In this document: positions 50,903-64,000 of the stretch, one piece after another | Numbering within the stretch: the stretch's first letter is position 1 | Layout: every line of letters starts with the position of its first letter | Assembly: GCA_035084275.1 (NCBI GenBank) | Contig: CM068754.1 | Span: forward strand, 13,206,001 to 13,270,000 | Length of the DNA: 64,000 nt | DNA from: Hydrolagus colliei | Lineage: Eukaryota | Direction: 5' to 3' | Position numbers and translations under genes: made by a program | The notes under the pieces: generated by a model | What the model saw: the letters and a program-made list of their open reading frames with translations, nothing else | The model's database searches: none | What the model was told of the DNA's origin: nothing

Positions 50903-51112
50903 CCAACGGCAACATTTGAAATTTATATGCATCTTTCATGTCAGAGAACATCTCAAAGCTCCTTAAAGAGAGTGAATGGGATAAAAGTTAGGAGGGGCAT
51001 AGGGGAAAGGAATCAGATAGTACAGTCAAAGGGATTGATCTTTAGATGAGTTTTGAACACAGAGACAGAGTTGAACAGAGTTCCACATGGTTAAGCCCAA
51101 GTGGCTAAAGAC
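50903..51112 (-). mobile_element. Old L2 3' end
   Basis: CAACGGCAAC tail, TTTCATGTCAGAGAACATCTCAAAGC stem-loop region, CAGAGTTCCACA..GTGGCTAAAGACC collinear with L2. Confidence 0.65.
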
Positions 51113-51744
51113 CGAAGCTTAATAATTGAGGTTCAAAATATATATACAACCTATATAAATGTATTCTTGTATTGCAGATTGACAGCCCAACAGTTTCTAT
51201 ATTCATTCTAATCAAATGAAAAATGCAATGAATCAGTTAATACTGTACTTACCCATGTCAAAAGGCTTACTGATTCAGATCACTCTCCAATTATAGACTG
51301 CTTACTCCACTAACAGATCACGTACAATTTAACTACTCCTTCCGAACATCGGAGCAAAATATATTGATTGAATGGATACATTTGTTTAGAAGAGGTATAG
51401 TGAGGGCAACAAATACACATTTTAATACAAGTGAACAATGTGCAGTGCTTTGAGTATCTATTTAAATGGGAAGTTTTCAAAAGGTACATTCAGAGTGACA
51501 GCACATCAACTAAATTGAAACATGGAAATGTTTTGGATAAGCTTTGCATTTTCAAAACTTTTCCCTTTACCTAAAATTAACCTTAACAGGCCTTACCTTA
51601 GCACTGGAGAAACTGAATTGGAAGATTTGTTTAAGTAAGATCCATAGATCTTGTACAATTGCACAGAATGCTCTGTTTATTTCTCAGTACTGAACATAGA
51701 AACAGGGCTGAGCAAAGATTAGCTTCAGCCAAGGCAAACAGACA

Positions 51745-51945
51745 AGAGAGCACAGACATCAGGAAATGTTTCTTATCGTGGGTGCTGATCAACCACTGGA
51801 ATGGGTGAACCCAAGGGTGGTTGGTGTCAGGGCACTGGAGTCCTTTAAAAAACCGCTTGATACTATAATGAGAAATCAATAGCGAGTCTTGGTATTCTGC
51901 AAGGAGAAGATCAATGGTCCAAAAGTCCACCTTCATCTGAACCTC
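51745..51945 (+). mobile_element. CR1 3' end relic
   Basis: DIRKCFL..VLINHWNG...LESFKKPLD, then the 3'UTR-like GATCAATGGTCCAAAAGTCC. Confidence 0.65.
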
Positions 51946-52749
51946 TCTTGTGAGTAAACCAGGCTCCCTAATTCTAATTATTTTCTGAAGAACGTGTGTT
52001 CTGCTCTGTAGACTGTCCAACAGCTAATCAAATATATCAACTAGGCTGCTGGTCCAAACAGAGCTCTGCATAGATTCAGACCTGTGTTGATTCCACACTG
52101 ATTCTCATTCTCAAGTTGGTTCATTTTTGTTAACGGCACCATGTTAGGTTGCATTTGCTCAACTGTGGATATATTTTATTATATATTGTCAGTTTGGGGT
52201 TTATTTGCGTCATTCAGTGCCAGCACAAGTGACTCCCTGTTGAATTACCAGGCCTCAAGTGTTTTTTTTAAAAAAAGCAATAGAATGTCAATTCTATGCA
52301 CATTACTGAAGTGGGCGTTCTGATTGTTTTTTTCACAAAATAAATTAAAGATTTTGAAATCTCTTCACTGTTCCACTCTTAATCGGCTTGTTTGTGTTCT
52401 ATCCCAATGAACTGAGTATGCAAGTTTGTAGCTCCAATCGTTTTAATGAATATACCCTTTTTGTGCTATTAAAACAATTATTTACTTAGAAACGGGCACT
52501 GCCGTCGTGAATGGTATTCAAGACTAGTTATCTTGGATTAATAGAGACATGAATCACAAGAGATCATGCATAATTTTCCAGCCAAAATCTCTCCGATGTT
52601 GTTTGAAACAAATAGACTTTTTGAGAATGAAGTTTACTTATATATTGGAACAAATGACAAAATCAAGTATTTAATCCGCATGCAGTATTTGTTTTTATTT
52701 CATGTCAGAAAGGACCCCAATTGTTTGGTTAGAATTAAATGTTTATCCA

Positions 52750-52880
52750 TAAAGTTTGCAGGGTTACAGGGAGAAAGTCGGGGAGTGGGATTGACTTTGA
52801 ATAGCTTTTTTCAAAGAGCCGGCACAGACACAATGGGCCAAATGGCATCCTTTTGTGCTGTAGAATTCTATGATACTATG
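52750..52880 (+). mobile_element. CR1 3'UTR with ATTCTATG terminal repeat
   Basis: GCAGGGTTACAGGGAG..AGAGCCGGCACAGACACAATGGGCCAAATGGCATCC..GTGCTGTAGAATTCTATGATACTATG. Confidence 0.88.
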
Positions 52881-53169
52881 ATTGCATCCACAAGGTAACT
52901 TGTATCTTTAGAATCAATTAAAATTTCAGCAAAAAGCCATCTTGAAAACTTTTTAACCCTGTTTTCCAGTAACCCATGAAAGCTGTGATAACCAGGAGTG
53001 GGATACTTGCCCTATGGAAATGAATATTCCTGATAATCTTCTGGAAGTAATGAGTTAAATAGGGCAACAAAAAGACAAGGCACACAAGATTTTAGAGAGA
53101 CAGAATTAATTCTTATTGGAAAACATTGCATCACATTCAAGCATGCATTTTTTGGCACCATACAGAATT

Positions 53170-53530
53170 ATTAAACACTCTCGGCCGTTGTTGCCCCAAA
53201 CTTCATGTTTCTAAAATATTTTCCAGAAGAAAAAGATGAATCATCTCATTCAGAAGGGAACAAATGCATCTTCGGAAATCGTTTTTTTTCTTCTTTTAAG
53301 TGGTGCCTGTATATGGTTAAAGTCCATTTAAAATATTTATAACCGTTTATCGGAATGACGATTAGCCGGACAATGGAGAGACACCTGGCAGGGGGAACAC
53401 ACAACGTTCCTCAAAGACAATTGTTCAGATGCCACGTTGTGCCATCAAGCTGTGCAAAACATTTCTCTGGCAGGAACCTTTTCTGAGCTAGCTCTGGTTG
53501 TTGCCCCACAAGGAAAGAGTCTATCGTAAA
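53170..53530. promoter_or_regulatory. Candidate enhancer / conserved non-coding element
   Basis: About 11 CpGs in ~360 bp of non-repeat DNA, with clustered SOX-like (ACAATGG, ACAATTGT), E-box (CACCTG) and TCF-like (CTCAAAG) motifs. Conservation is not demonstrated. Confidence 0.35.
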
Positions 53531-56500
53531 AAAAACAAGGAGCCTCATCAACCATAGTGGCAATTTCATAAGGAATTCCAGCACTTGCCCAGATAATAGA
53601 ATGAGAAGGTATCTACCTGCTTAATCGAGCCTTCTAAGTTCCTGTAAACCTTTGCAATGTGATACCCCCAACGTGCACAGCGATGTGTCAATACAGATAT
53701 TGTATATCTTGACTGGGCACAGTTGGCAGAGCAGATTGGCTCACTGCATTAGCGTGGTACTAACAAGCTACATTCTCATAGCTCTAGGATATAGCCTTAA
53801 GTGTTGTCTCTACTCTTCTGAGGCCACTTTGTGGGGATGGTGATCCAGTTGCAAATTCATCTTGAATGATGTGCCACTACATCCAGCTTGTGGAGAATCC
53901 TTTCCCCAGTGACGGGTACTGCCAGAGATCAACCGCCAGTCCTTCTGTAAGTGGGAAAGAATGCACGTGTTTAGACCAAAATGTTTTATTTCACACTCAT
54001 TAAACACCATGTTGTCCATCGGGTCTGTAAATACTGTATCTTACAAATGTTAGTGTAGCCACTTTAAAATGTGGTCAAAAATAGCACAGTACGGTTAAAT
54101 GACTGTATATATTTACTATCAAAATATTTACACGTGGGAAATTTCCCACTTATTTTTGACTAGACAATTTATTAATTTATCCCATGTCAACTCTTTATCC
54201 CTTCCCCTTGCAACCTCTCTATTTCCATGTTCCAGTGACTGAAAATCTGTTGGGTATTAAACCTTCTGCGGCTATTATTTCTTGAACATTGTATGCTCTG
54301 CAGTTTGTTTTTCATTCTTCAAATCCCGCTCTCATTAATATATTGATGTGGCTTTTTTTTTGGCCAGGTGAACATGATTATTTATTCTGTAGAAATGTTG
54401 GCCAGACAGCCTGCACTTCAAATGTCTGTTCACAAATTTGCAAACACTGCAGTTTTTTTGCTGTGTGGGATGCATTCCATTGTGTCACGATGCACAGTAA
54501 TGGAATGTCTGTCTAGTGTACAAAATATCAGTATAAATATCTCACTAAAATTCTGGAGTTGTCGTGAAACCTGTTTCCATCTGTGCCATATAGAACCTAT
54601 GGCATAAGAGTTTGAATTATTGGAATTTTTAGTTGCTTAAATTAACTGTATGCATATGTAATAATTAGCAAAATAATTAAGTTTGCAAGTGGCAGCCAAT
54701 CATTCCTGATTTTAATTCATATGTGAATGTGCAAAGATGGTCATACTACTGTATATAGAATACCCTGGACTGCTCTATTTTTGCCAGAATCTGGTGGCTT
54801 ACAAGAATTAATGACATTCAAAATATCTTCCCCATAGCACAAAATGTGTGTGGCTACAAATATTGCAGCCCACATAATTATGCATTCAGTTTGGCCCAGA
54901 TGTTTCAGTAGCAGTGCAATAGATGTTCAAAAATTAGTATTTTAGGGTGCTTACTTAGCTCACTTAAATGTGATACCTGTTAGTAGGCAAGGGTTTATAG
55001 TTCTGGAGACAGTGATCAGATAAACTGCTTTGGGATGTTACATCTTGGTAGGAGCTGACAAACTGGATATTCGGTGCCTGCAAGCTCATTTATTAGGTTG
55101 GCGCTTACTCCTTCCAGGTGCCAGAAGTGTGTCACCCAGTTCATGCTGACTTGAGGGAACTCCATGACGTAGATCGATTGTCAGAGGGAGTGTGCGTCAG
55201 TCGGTGGTGAAGTGCAACAACAGCAATTTGCACTTGCCACCAAGGGAGCACACCACATCCTTCGGTATTCTGTTTGAAAGTCTTGCATTGTCGATCCTTC
55301 ATATCTATTGTGTATTACTTAGTTCCGAAAGCAAAATAGAGAGTCAATTCTATCATTATTTGTGGGGGGTTTTCTAAACTAATATTTTCACTGAAAATAT
55401 ATTCCATAAAAAAAAGGCCAAATGGAATAAAGCAGGATTGGCGTTATCATAATTCACTTCAAGCCTTGTAAAATACCTTGTTTGATAGAGATAATATATT
55501 ACCTTGTTTTCGCAAATGTGATTCTACTACTTGTGCCAAATCAGTGGCAATCATTTTAACTATTCAGGAGATGCTGCAGAGGTGACTAGATACCAATATC
55601 TATGCAGATTGTTGATTTATTCATAATGTGAGACCAGATACCTTAGATATATCAATTCCACAAATGATATATAATCATGCAAATGTCATCTTATGCAAAG
55701 TAAAATATTGGGTTCTATTTAAAGTACATAATTCTCTATAGAATAAACATTTAATGTTAAAAGTTTCTGTTCATTATGAGGGACTCTTGAGCTTAGGAAT
55801 TACTTTATCCATCACATTTCTCTGCAAGATTTGTGTGATTTCTTATGTATGTATTTAAATCTATTTTTCTTCCCCCAAAGTATTTAGTAAAGGTATTTTT
55901 ACTTTTGTGAGAAAGATGCTCTGTCAAAATTTAATTCTGATTAATGGAAAGCTTTAAATCTACTTACTGAATATCATATGCGGTCAATAATGAGCATAAT
56001 AATAAACTATCATTTAAAATTGATTAACTACTTTCTATTTTGAAAAACAATTACTATCTACATGACAAACAGGTCATTAGCCTGAGCTTTGAAAATGTGA
56101 TAACATTTGCAATATTTCTAAACTTATTCCATATGTTAATTACCACTGAAAATTATTTCCTAAATGCTTCTATCTTGACTTAGGAAGTGTTTTGCTTTCA
56201 TTGTCTTAAATGAAAATTGGAAAGAGATCATATTTTTTAATCTGACCACATAACGAGTGTGGGGCAGGTTACAAATCGTATCAGCATTTGGCAAAAACAA
56301 TCAATACACAGTGGATTCAATCATAGAAACTGTGACTATGTTACAAATGTGACTTTTTGCTATTTGTGAGCATTTCTGTACACATATTCTATAAATCTTA
56401 AGAAAGGCATGTGAATGATTAAATATTACATATGCACAGTAGTTTTGCTTTGCTTCAATCTACTGAATGCAGGTTTTCAATAAGTTTGATTCATACACCA

Positions 56501-59500
56501 AAGCTTGCATGACAGTTCCAGGTCATTGCAGCTGAAATAAATTAAAGCTGTCGCAAGGAGCAATGCAGAGTCCAGTTAATTATACATATAATGCAGCAAG
56601 CGTTTTTATTGATATATTATACACAGCATCAAAAAATCAGTTTCATGTACATTAAAGTTAATATTCTATCAACATTTTGTGATGATAAATTTCAAAAGTA
56701 TACAGATAGTTTGCATAAGATTGAACGACAGCTTGTGAATAAGTGCTCTGGTCGAGTTCTCAAATGTAACATGCACCATTTAGCGAACAGCAGCAAATTG
56801 TTCCTTGATGCTTTTATAGCTGAATGGATAAATTGGGGATGGGATGGGGATTGCTTCCCTTCTGAGTTTGACTTAATGAATAGTATAAGTACAAAGTAAC
56901 GAGTTTGTGTGTTTGCTACTCTTTACTTGTTTTTGAGGTTTGATTGTCAATGGCACAGAATCAACTCTAAGGATTGCAATAGCATTTTCACCAAAAAAAA
57001 ATTCCTTCGAAAAAGAAAATGGAACAATAGTCATTCCAAGAATACTATGAATTAAGTATAATTCTGCATACTTTTACAATCCTACTTCATATCAATCAGC
57101 ATTAAAATCTACAGAAAATAAGTTTTAAAGGCGCAATGATATATAATATACATTTTTTTTAGACGTTTTTTCTTACTCAAGCAATTAATGGAATAATTTA
57201 ACATGTTGATCTTAATATAAAAGATGCCAAATTTATATGGTCAAAATTTTTATTTTAGGTTCCTGAAATCTTAACTTTTGTTTTCATAATTGTTCACTTC
57301 TTAATAAGTTTCATTGTGTTACGTTATTTGCAAATGAATTAAAAATGGGTTTATGAATTTTCTTTTTTAAAATCAAATTCTGTACCGTTGGGAAATTCCT
57401 TTTTGCTAAATGTAATTGTATATGCTGTACTATAAATTGCTGTAGACATTTATGACTATGTTAGATTAAAAAAAACCTTCTCATTGTGATTACTGGATCT
57501 TTTAAATGGCCAGGTCAATAATAATATTTTATTGCAATAAAGTAGGGAAAATGTTACTCAAGCATTATAAATTATTCATTAGAAGAAAATAGGCCTCGTT
57601 AAGGTTCAGAATTCACCTTTTTTAAAAAAAAGGTTCTCTTAACCCATTCAAAGCACGCTTACTAATGTTTCATATGCTGTCCTTGGTAATGATACTCAGA
57701 ACATTAAAGGAAGAAAAAAATCTTCTTATGAAACGAAGTGCATGGATGCAAGATAAATCAATTTGACAGCAGTCTGTTAAAAAAAAATTAGTGATCTTTA
57801 CCAATAACGAACTTAAATAGATTTATATGGAAAACCAGCCTATTTAAATCAAAACCAATTGAAATATTCTGTAGCTGAATGCAATTGGGGTACATATTGA
57901 ATAAGGTCAGTAAGCTCATCTCTGCGATAACCAAGAATTCAGTGTATACTAACCCTAGATGGAATTCATGTTTAATTCTATGTGATTGAAGTTAAAGAAC
58001 TAGAAACCACGTTCATTCTTATTATAACACTGATGCAGGACAGTACAACATTGTCTGGTGTATGTTATTCGCTAGTTCTGCAAACATAAATAGGTACTTG
58101 TATACAATTCATATGTAGTGGGAGTAAATCTGATTCAAGACTAAAACATTGTCATTACTCAGTTAAGATCAATAGAGGTAAAATCCAGTCCACACTTTTT
58201 TAAGTTGATACGTGACTTAAATATTTGCTTTTTCATTATAACTAAAATATCCGAAGTGCATAATGCATAAATATTGGTGTTAAGATATAATTTGGATTTA
58301 TCACATTAAAAAAGTCTTACGATTTATGGATTCCCATTGGTTTCATTTTTGGACAACTTGTGCTTACTTGTTATGAATGAAGGGGCTACATAGTCTGAAT
58401 AATAAAAGTCTGGTTAACTTGCACCAATTCTAATCCTTATGCAATTCTTACGTGCAATGCAGAAATACAGGGGTATGCATAAATGCAGCACATTTAAATT
58501 ATTTTAAAGTAACCTAAATGCAAAGAAGACATTAGTTATCTAGTTTTATTTAAAGATTGATGTGAATCAATTTTATATTAAATATGTTATTTTCCTTGAA
58601 ATAAATGTACAGAAACACTGCTCCCAACCTTGTAATTTTGTTGTTGTTTCGTTGAGCTCAAACATATAAATTTTCCAACAAACCATGTAAACCAATATGC
58701 GAAGCATTTTTATTTAGAAGACTCGTTCTCAGAAATTTGATTTAGCATGGAGCTGAGGCTATTCATTCTTCTGAATTCAGTGTGGTTGTCCACTGAAACA
58801 GTAATCTTCAGTAAAGCAAAGTAACCCTGAATTTTAAATGCAGAACAAATTTATATAATAAGTAACCTATATAAAAGTTCTTGGAAATTAAGTTCTAGGC
58901 TTCTTGAGAAGTAGAATAAATGTAGCCCATTAAAAGGAAAATTGACTTAATAAAGCAATATAAAAAGAGTCTTTATTTTTCTGACTCATTTAGCGACCAA
59001 GTATAACCCATGTCATTTAAATGTAAAGTCCAAACTCCAACACAACTCAATATCTAAACAGGTAGCATTTTTACATATAAGCATTTGGTGCACCATTAAA
59101 TACTTATTTGGCCAATGCAGAACCTAAATAATCTAAATCACATTAAAGCATGAGGTTGCCGTATTCGTTTGAAATTCTAATGATAATACTGTAATAAGAA
59201 AACTTGCATTTGGTGGCAAAGCAACAACAATGTCCCATGGTTACTTCCTGTCCAGCAACAAGACAATCCATTTAATACAAACAAAATTCTCTCTTCCTTG
59301 AGCTCTACTTCAATATTTGAATTTATTTCCTACATTAAAATAGGTTTCAAACCGAACACGTGCCTCTTCCCTGATCATATTAATTGCTCGGTAGAAAACA
59401 TTTTGCAGTCAGATGAACTCAGTGTACCAGGTGCTTCTTATAGAAACACAGGAACTTGGAAATGTCAAGTCAGTATCTTCTCTTGTAAGGACTGTCTCAA

Positions 59501-60466
59501 AACATGCTTGAGGTAGTCATTACATGGAAGCCTTTTCCGTGCGTTAATTGATGTTCTACATTCTGCTGAGAGGGAGAAATGTACTTGAAATGCATAGATT
59601 TTCTATGTTTTTCAGGCAATTCCCTCTTACATCTTTTCTTCCCTTCTCTCTTCTTTACAGCTGGGGCGAATGGCCCATGTCAATGCCTTATCACTATGTA
59701 AAATGCAGTGGAAAGTCTCATAAAAATTTGAGGCCCCAAATTGATTGGATCAAAAAACCTCCACTTCGAAACTTGTGTTCTCACTGAACAGAAATAAAAG
59801 AAATTAAGTACTTCTGCGAATTGAGTACAACAAAAAAATGCTGCATGTTAAACAAGATGTTTGCAGCATATCATTTCCAATTAGCCCCATAATGAGCCAT
59901 TTTCCCATGAACTGGATTTTTTCTTGACTAGAACACCAGTAACATTAATATTTCTCCCTCTCTTTGCATGTCTTTTGGCACATTTTTGAATAAAATTGGT
60001 ACTACTAAAATTAACCATTTCTTGGTGAAATTGCCGAACTCCCATTATTAAAATACTCCTGCCCGCCTTCCCATGTATCAACTGTCTTTAATTCACAGTC
60101 ATTGACAGCAGCTACAACATCATTCATCACTACATGGATGAATTCTAGGAAATGCAATAGATCATTTACAAGCAAAACAAATTGCAATAAAAAAATATCA
60201 ATTTCACAGAATTCAGTTAGTCACTGCTAGCAACACCAACCAAAACTGTAATGTACAAATCACTGGTTTTCAATGATTTCTCGTACCGCAAGTTTGATGA
60301 CAAATCTCTGTCTAAAAAGAGGCCAAAATGTGCACCACTAGCATATCCATACTTAATACTTAATTTAGTCACTGTCAGCACAGTTACAGATCACTTTCAA
60401 TCAGCGCAACACCAACCTGTGTTCCCCACCTCATAAATATAAGCAATTTTGCTCGTTAAGATACAG

Positions 60467-60757
60467 AACAATCAATCAAAATCAATCAAAACTTACATTT
60501 ATATATAGCGCCTTTCATGTTGAGAGGACGTCCCAAGGCGCTGTACAGTCAGGTAGGGACAAGAGCAGGGGGGTGCAGGGGTTGGGACAGGACAAAGGAG
60601 AATTGAATGTATATTTATGGGCGAAACACGGCAGCCAAATTGCGCACAGCAGTATCCCACAAACAGTCATGGAAGTGGGATTAGGGGAGAAAGAGGGGAA
60701 AGATGGCAAGGCGGTGGGGGGTGGTGGGGGCCGGGGTAGGGGGAAGGAGAGCAGGAA
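60467..60757 (-). mobile_element. Composite retroelement: L2-type stem-loop tail plus SINE-A/Deu-like core within pyrimidine-rich 3'UTR-like sequence
   Basis: (ATCA)-type tail at 60467-60490, L2 stem-loop at 60508-60541, G-rich spacer, core at 60599-60672, G-rich segment to ~60757. Confidence 0.85.
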
Positions 60758-63700
60758 AACCAACTGTATATTTGATCATCAGCAATGCAACATTTATGCT
60801 GCAAGAAAAACCCAAACTCTAGTCCACTCTCCAATTTCCCCAACTTATTTAGGTCATCCATGGCCCTTATCCTGTTGCAACTAAAATCTGCAAATAGAAC
60901 ATCAAATTTAACAGAAATAATGTAAACTTCAAACATTTCCTTCAGTATTTCCGTTTTTAACAAAAAGTTTTAAAAACAGATTAGTCAAATTAATCAAATG
61001 TTGTTTTTTAAATTGGCTAATCAAAAGCTGAAATGAAATGTACAAGTTTATTTATTTTTATGTCAATTCTACGGTTGAATACACTGTTTAAGAGCAAGGT
61101 AATCCAGTTGGTTGAAAGTACTAATTTAATACTGGAAAGTCAACTCAAACTTTTATCCTTTTGAGGTTTATAATATGTCTTGAGAAGAATTTCCTTGGCA
61201 GAAATCAATGGAGTGAACTATCTCTGAACAGAGGCATGAGCAATGCAACCAGATCCACATTCATCAAAGGCACAGCCTAACTAGTTTATCAATGATGCCA
61301 ATGGTATAGATATGGCATAAACCCCACAAACTGAAACCCTTAATAGATTGAAGGGAGTTCCTTCATGTCAACCTATTACGTGAACTAAACCAATGCTTCA
61401 TTGCTTCATATGGATTTTTTGTTTTGGCTACTGCCAAAAGATATGTTGCAGTGGGAAAACAAAACTGCCTTTTGTTTGAAATGAAAACTTATTGACTAAA
61501 AATACTTACTTTGATGGTATATTCTGAATGGGGATTGATATGATGTAAGAACCACATTATTAATGACCAGTGAAATTTCTATGGGTAGCACATTCTTTAT
61601 TTTTGTTGCTTTTAATTTTTAATATATGCCATACACCATCTGTGTCCAGGCATTTTATAGATCTGCACATCGAAAGAAGCTCCTGCTTGTGTCTGTATAC
61701 CCATGTTCTCAATCCTTTTTTCCAACAAGGTAACTTGCACGTTAGAGTTGTGCTTATCATTAGAAAATGTGTTTGTTCTGTGGTGAATGTCTCATAACAT
61801 AGCAATAGAAAATTCACAGGCATGGTTTAGCAGTATTACAGCACAGGTAAATTTAGAATCGAGAGTTACATAATGAGGCTAGAGTGTATACTACGTGTGT
61901 GTTTATGTTCTGTGGGGTATTCATATTATTTCCACAGATCTTGGCAACATTTACCACCAGTGCAAACAGAAATTCCATTTACACCTGTGAACATATCAAT
62001 TTACCAAGCACAGGCATTCAGTGACTAACAAGAAATGAACCACAACCATTGGTATTTCAAATCCTTCAGAACCAAGGCACCTTTCACATAGCAAATTTAA
62101 AATATAGATTTTCTTTTAAACATGAATATTCATAAAGTAAGCAAAATATTTCACTTGTTTTGTGGGATTTTCTCAATTGCGGAATCTGCAGCTTCCAATT
62201 TTACACCACGTTTATATCGCTGGAAGCAAGTATGGTGCAAACAGAGCATAAACATCTGACTTGAATACATATATTTTTTATTCTCTTGCATTATTCCACA
62301 AAAAAAACCTCCCGATTTACTAGCCATATCATTCTAACTACTTGCAGCTCCAACATTTACCTTTCTTCTATGATTGTTTCAATTAAGTCAATCAGAAAAA
62401 AATCCACTGTTCTCATAACTGTTGAAAGGCACTAATAAGTAATTCAAACCTGATCTCGCAAATTCAAGGTGATAGCTTTCTAACCATTAAAAGTGCTGTA
62501 AATTATTATTATTTTAAAAATGGGTTGGCTCTCAGATGCTTTACAAGGTGCTACTAAAGGTTTGAAGCACGTTATATTATTTGTGGCATTTGTGGATTGA
62601 GTTAATGACCACAGAATCTCCAGTTTGGGTTAACCATTTGCAAATGTGTACAGATGCACTTACATATGTCTTTACAACTAATTAAAATAATTCCAGGGGT
62701 TCTTATAATCGTTCACTTCAGTCGGTCTGTAAGCAAAATTTAGATGCATTTTGCACATAGTTAAACCAACTTCCAGATGTTACAAGTGGGTTGTTAACCC
62801 AGCCTGCAAATTAAACTACATAATCAGAAAATTTTACTTCAATTCTGGTTCTCTCTCTCGTTGCCAATTCTATGTTTATAACACATAAACGCTGTACTTG
62901 TGTGGGTTGTATACTCAGTAGCCTGTCATTGCTGTGTGATTACCGAATCACCCACTTTGTGGCAGCGCAGATGTTTGAATGTAACTGCCTTGAAGTATGA
63001 ATAGCCCAAAAATGAGATACGTGGGTTAAGAGTCTCCAAAACCAAATATCCAAATTATATAAGATTTATATAATATTTTTGATAGCTCAGGAAGCTATCA
63101 AAGAACAACATTATTCTCTGTGGTGATCTTTCTAGCTCGTTAACCATGTTGCCTTGCTAAGTTTGAAGTTTGTAGCTTCATTACTACAGATGAACTTCAT
63201 TACTAACCAATTTCCCATATTGCACGTATCACTGGAAGATCTCAATTTGTTGAAACACATGATTTCCTCATTCCTATTTAAAAATCATACCGTGTCTAAA
63301 AATCTTCAACATTTACAAATAATCTTATTATTAGAACAGGATGTATAAATTTGAAGGAAAGCCTCTTATGACTTGGTTCACCACGATAGTTTGTCAACAG
63401 AATATCCAAACATATTGGGTAATCCATGCAAAATAAAAAGCTGCAAAAGAAACTTTTTCCAAACAATATAAATAGGGATGTATAACATGCTAGCATCTCA
63501 CTTGAAATTAATGAAAAATCGTTTTATTTTGTAATTACAATAACATCACAACCTCAACTTATCTTGCCCAACTCCTTCCATGATACATAATGATAAACTA
63601 TCATAGAAATGCTTGCACGACATGCTGCTGACTGAATGGGGCCGAACTGGTTGAGGCCGAGAACACACAGCTGCCTATCATCCAAATGTAAGTGGCAGAA

Positions 63701-64000
63701 CTTGAGTGGTTTACAGGGCAATCTTCTAATATTCATAAAATTTGAGTAATTATGATGGGGGGCTGACGGGGGAGAGGGGAGTCTAACATTTTAATTTGGC
63801 AGATTTTTAGCAGCTGAATCACAGTATCAACTTTGTTTTCAAACAAGAATAGATACCTAATGACCAATCATTTTGATTTTTAATGATCCTTTTCATATCA
63901 ACTCTAATTACCATGTGATGCAACAGATACAAATAATTTTACTTCCCACCCCCAACACCCCACCACCCAACTGCAAACACTACGATTAGTATCACCGCAC

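Noticed and set aside
53810-54019. ORF MDNMVFNECEIKHFG resembling CR1 W.M.FN..KC...HFG
   Set aside because: Very short, and the LQKD-like motif lies on the wrong side.
278-63736. Remaining 60-130 aa ORFs in the track, including the recurring KRFETS..HEK.YIKCKDYYY peptides
   Set aside because: No recognisable domains; the recurring peptides are translations of the SINE tail.

Overview
AT-rich, CpG-poor vertebrate non-coding DNA (gene desert or very large intron). The repeat repertoire suggests a cartilaginous fish, probably a chimaera such as Callorhinchus; this is an inference from recalled consensus sequences, not a database result. I found no supportable host protein-coding gene, rRNA, true tRNA, miRNA or CRISPR array. 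The recognisable ORFs in the track are retroelement relics (L2 and CR1 ORF2 C-termini, one Ty3/Gypsy RNase H fragment). The window is dominated by: (i) a young tRNA-derived SINE with a (TAT)n tail, in long and short forms; (ii) L2 LINE 3' ends with a (GTT)n tail, many only 40-75 bp long; (iii) CR1 3' ends; (iv) older SacSINE1/DeuSINE-like and AmnSINE2-like relics. The last ~11 kb is almost TE-free and contains enhancer-like blocks. I do not see a convincing new gene system. The best leads concern retroelement mechanism: tail-only L2 insertions truncated at a covarying 3' stem-loop, a snap-back 5' junction, a SINE apparently carrying two different conserved cores, and a composite L2-tail/Deu-core element. 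Family names and the boundaries of old copies are approximate.
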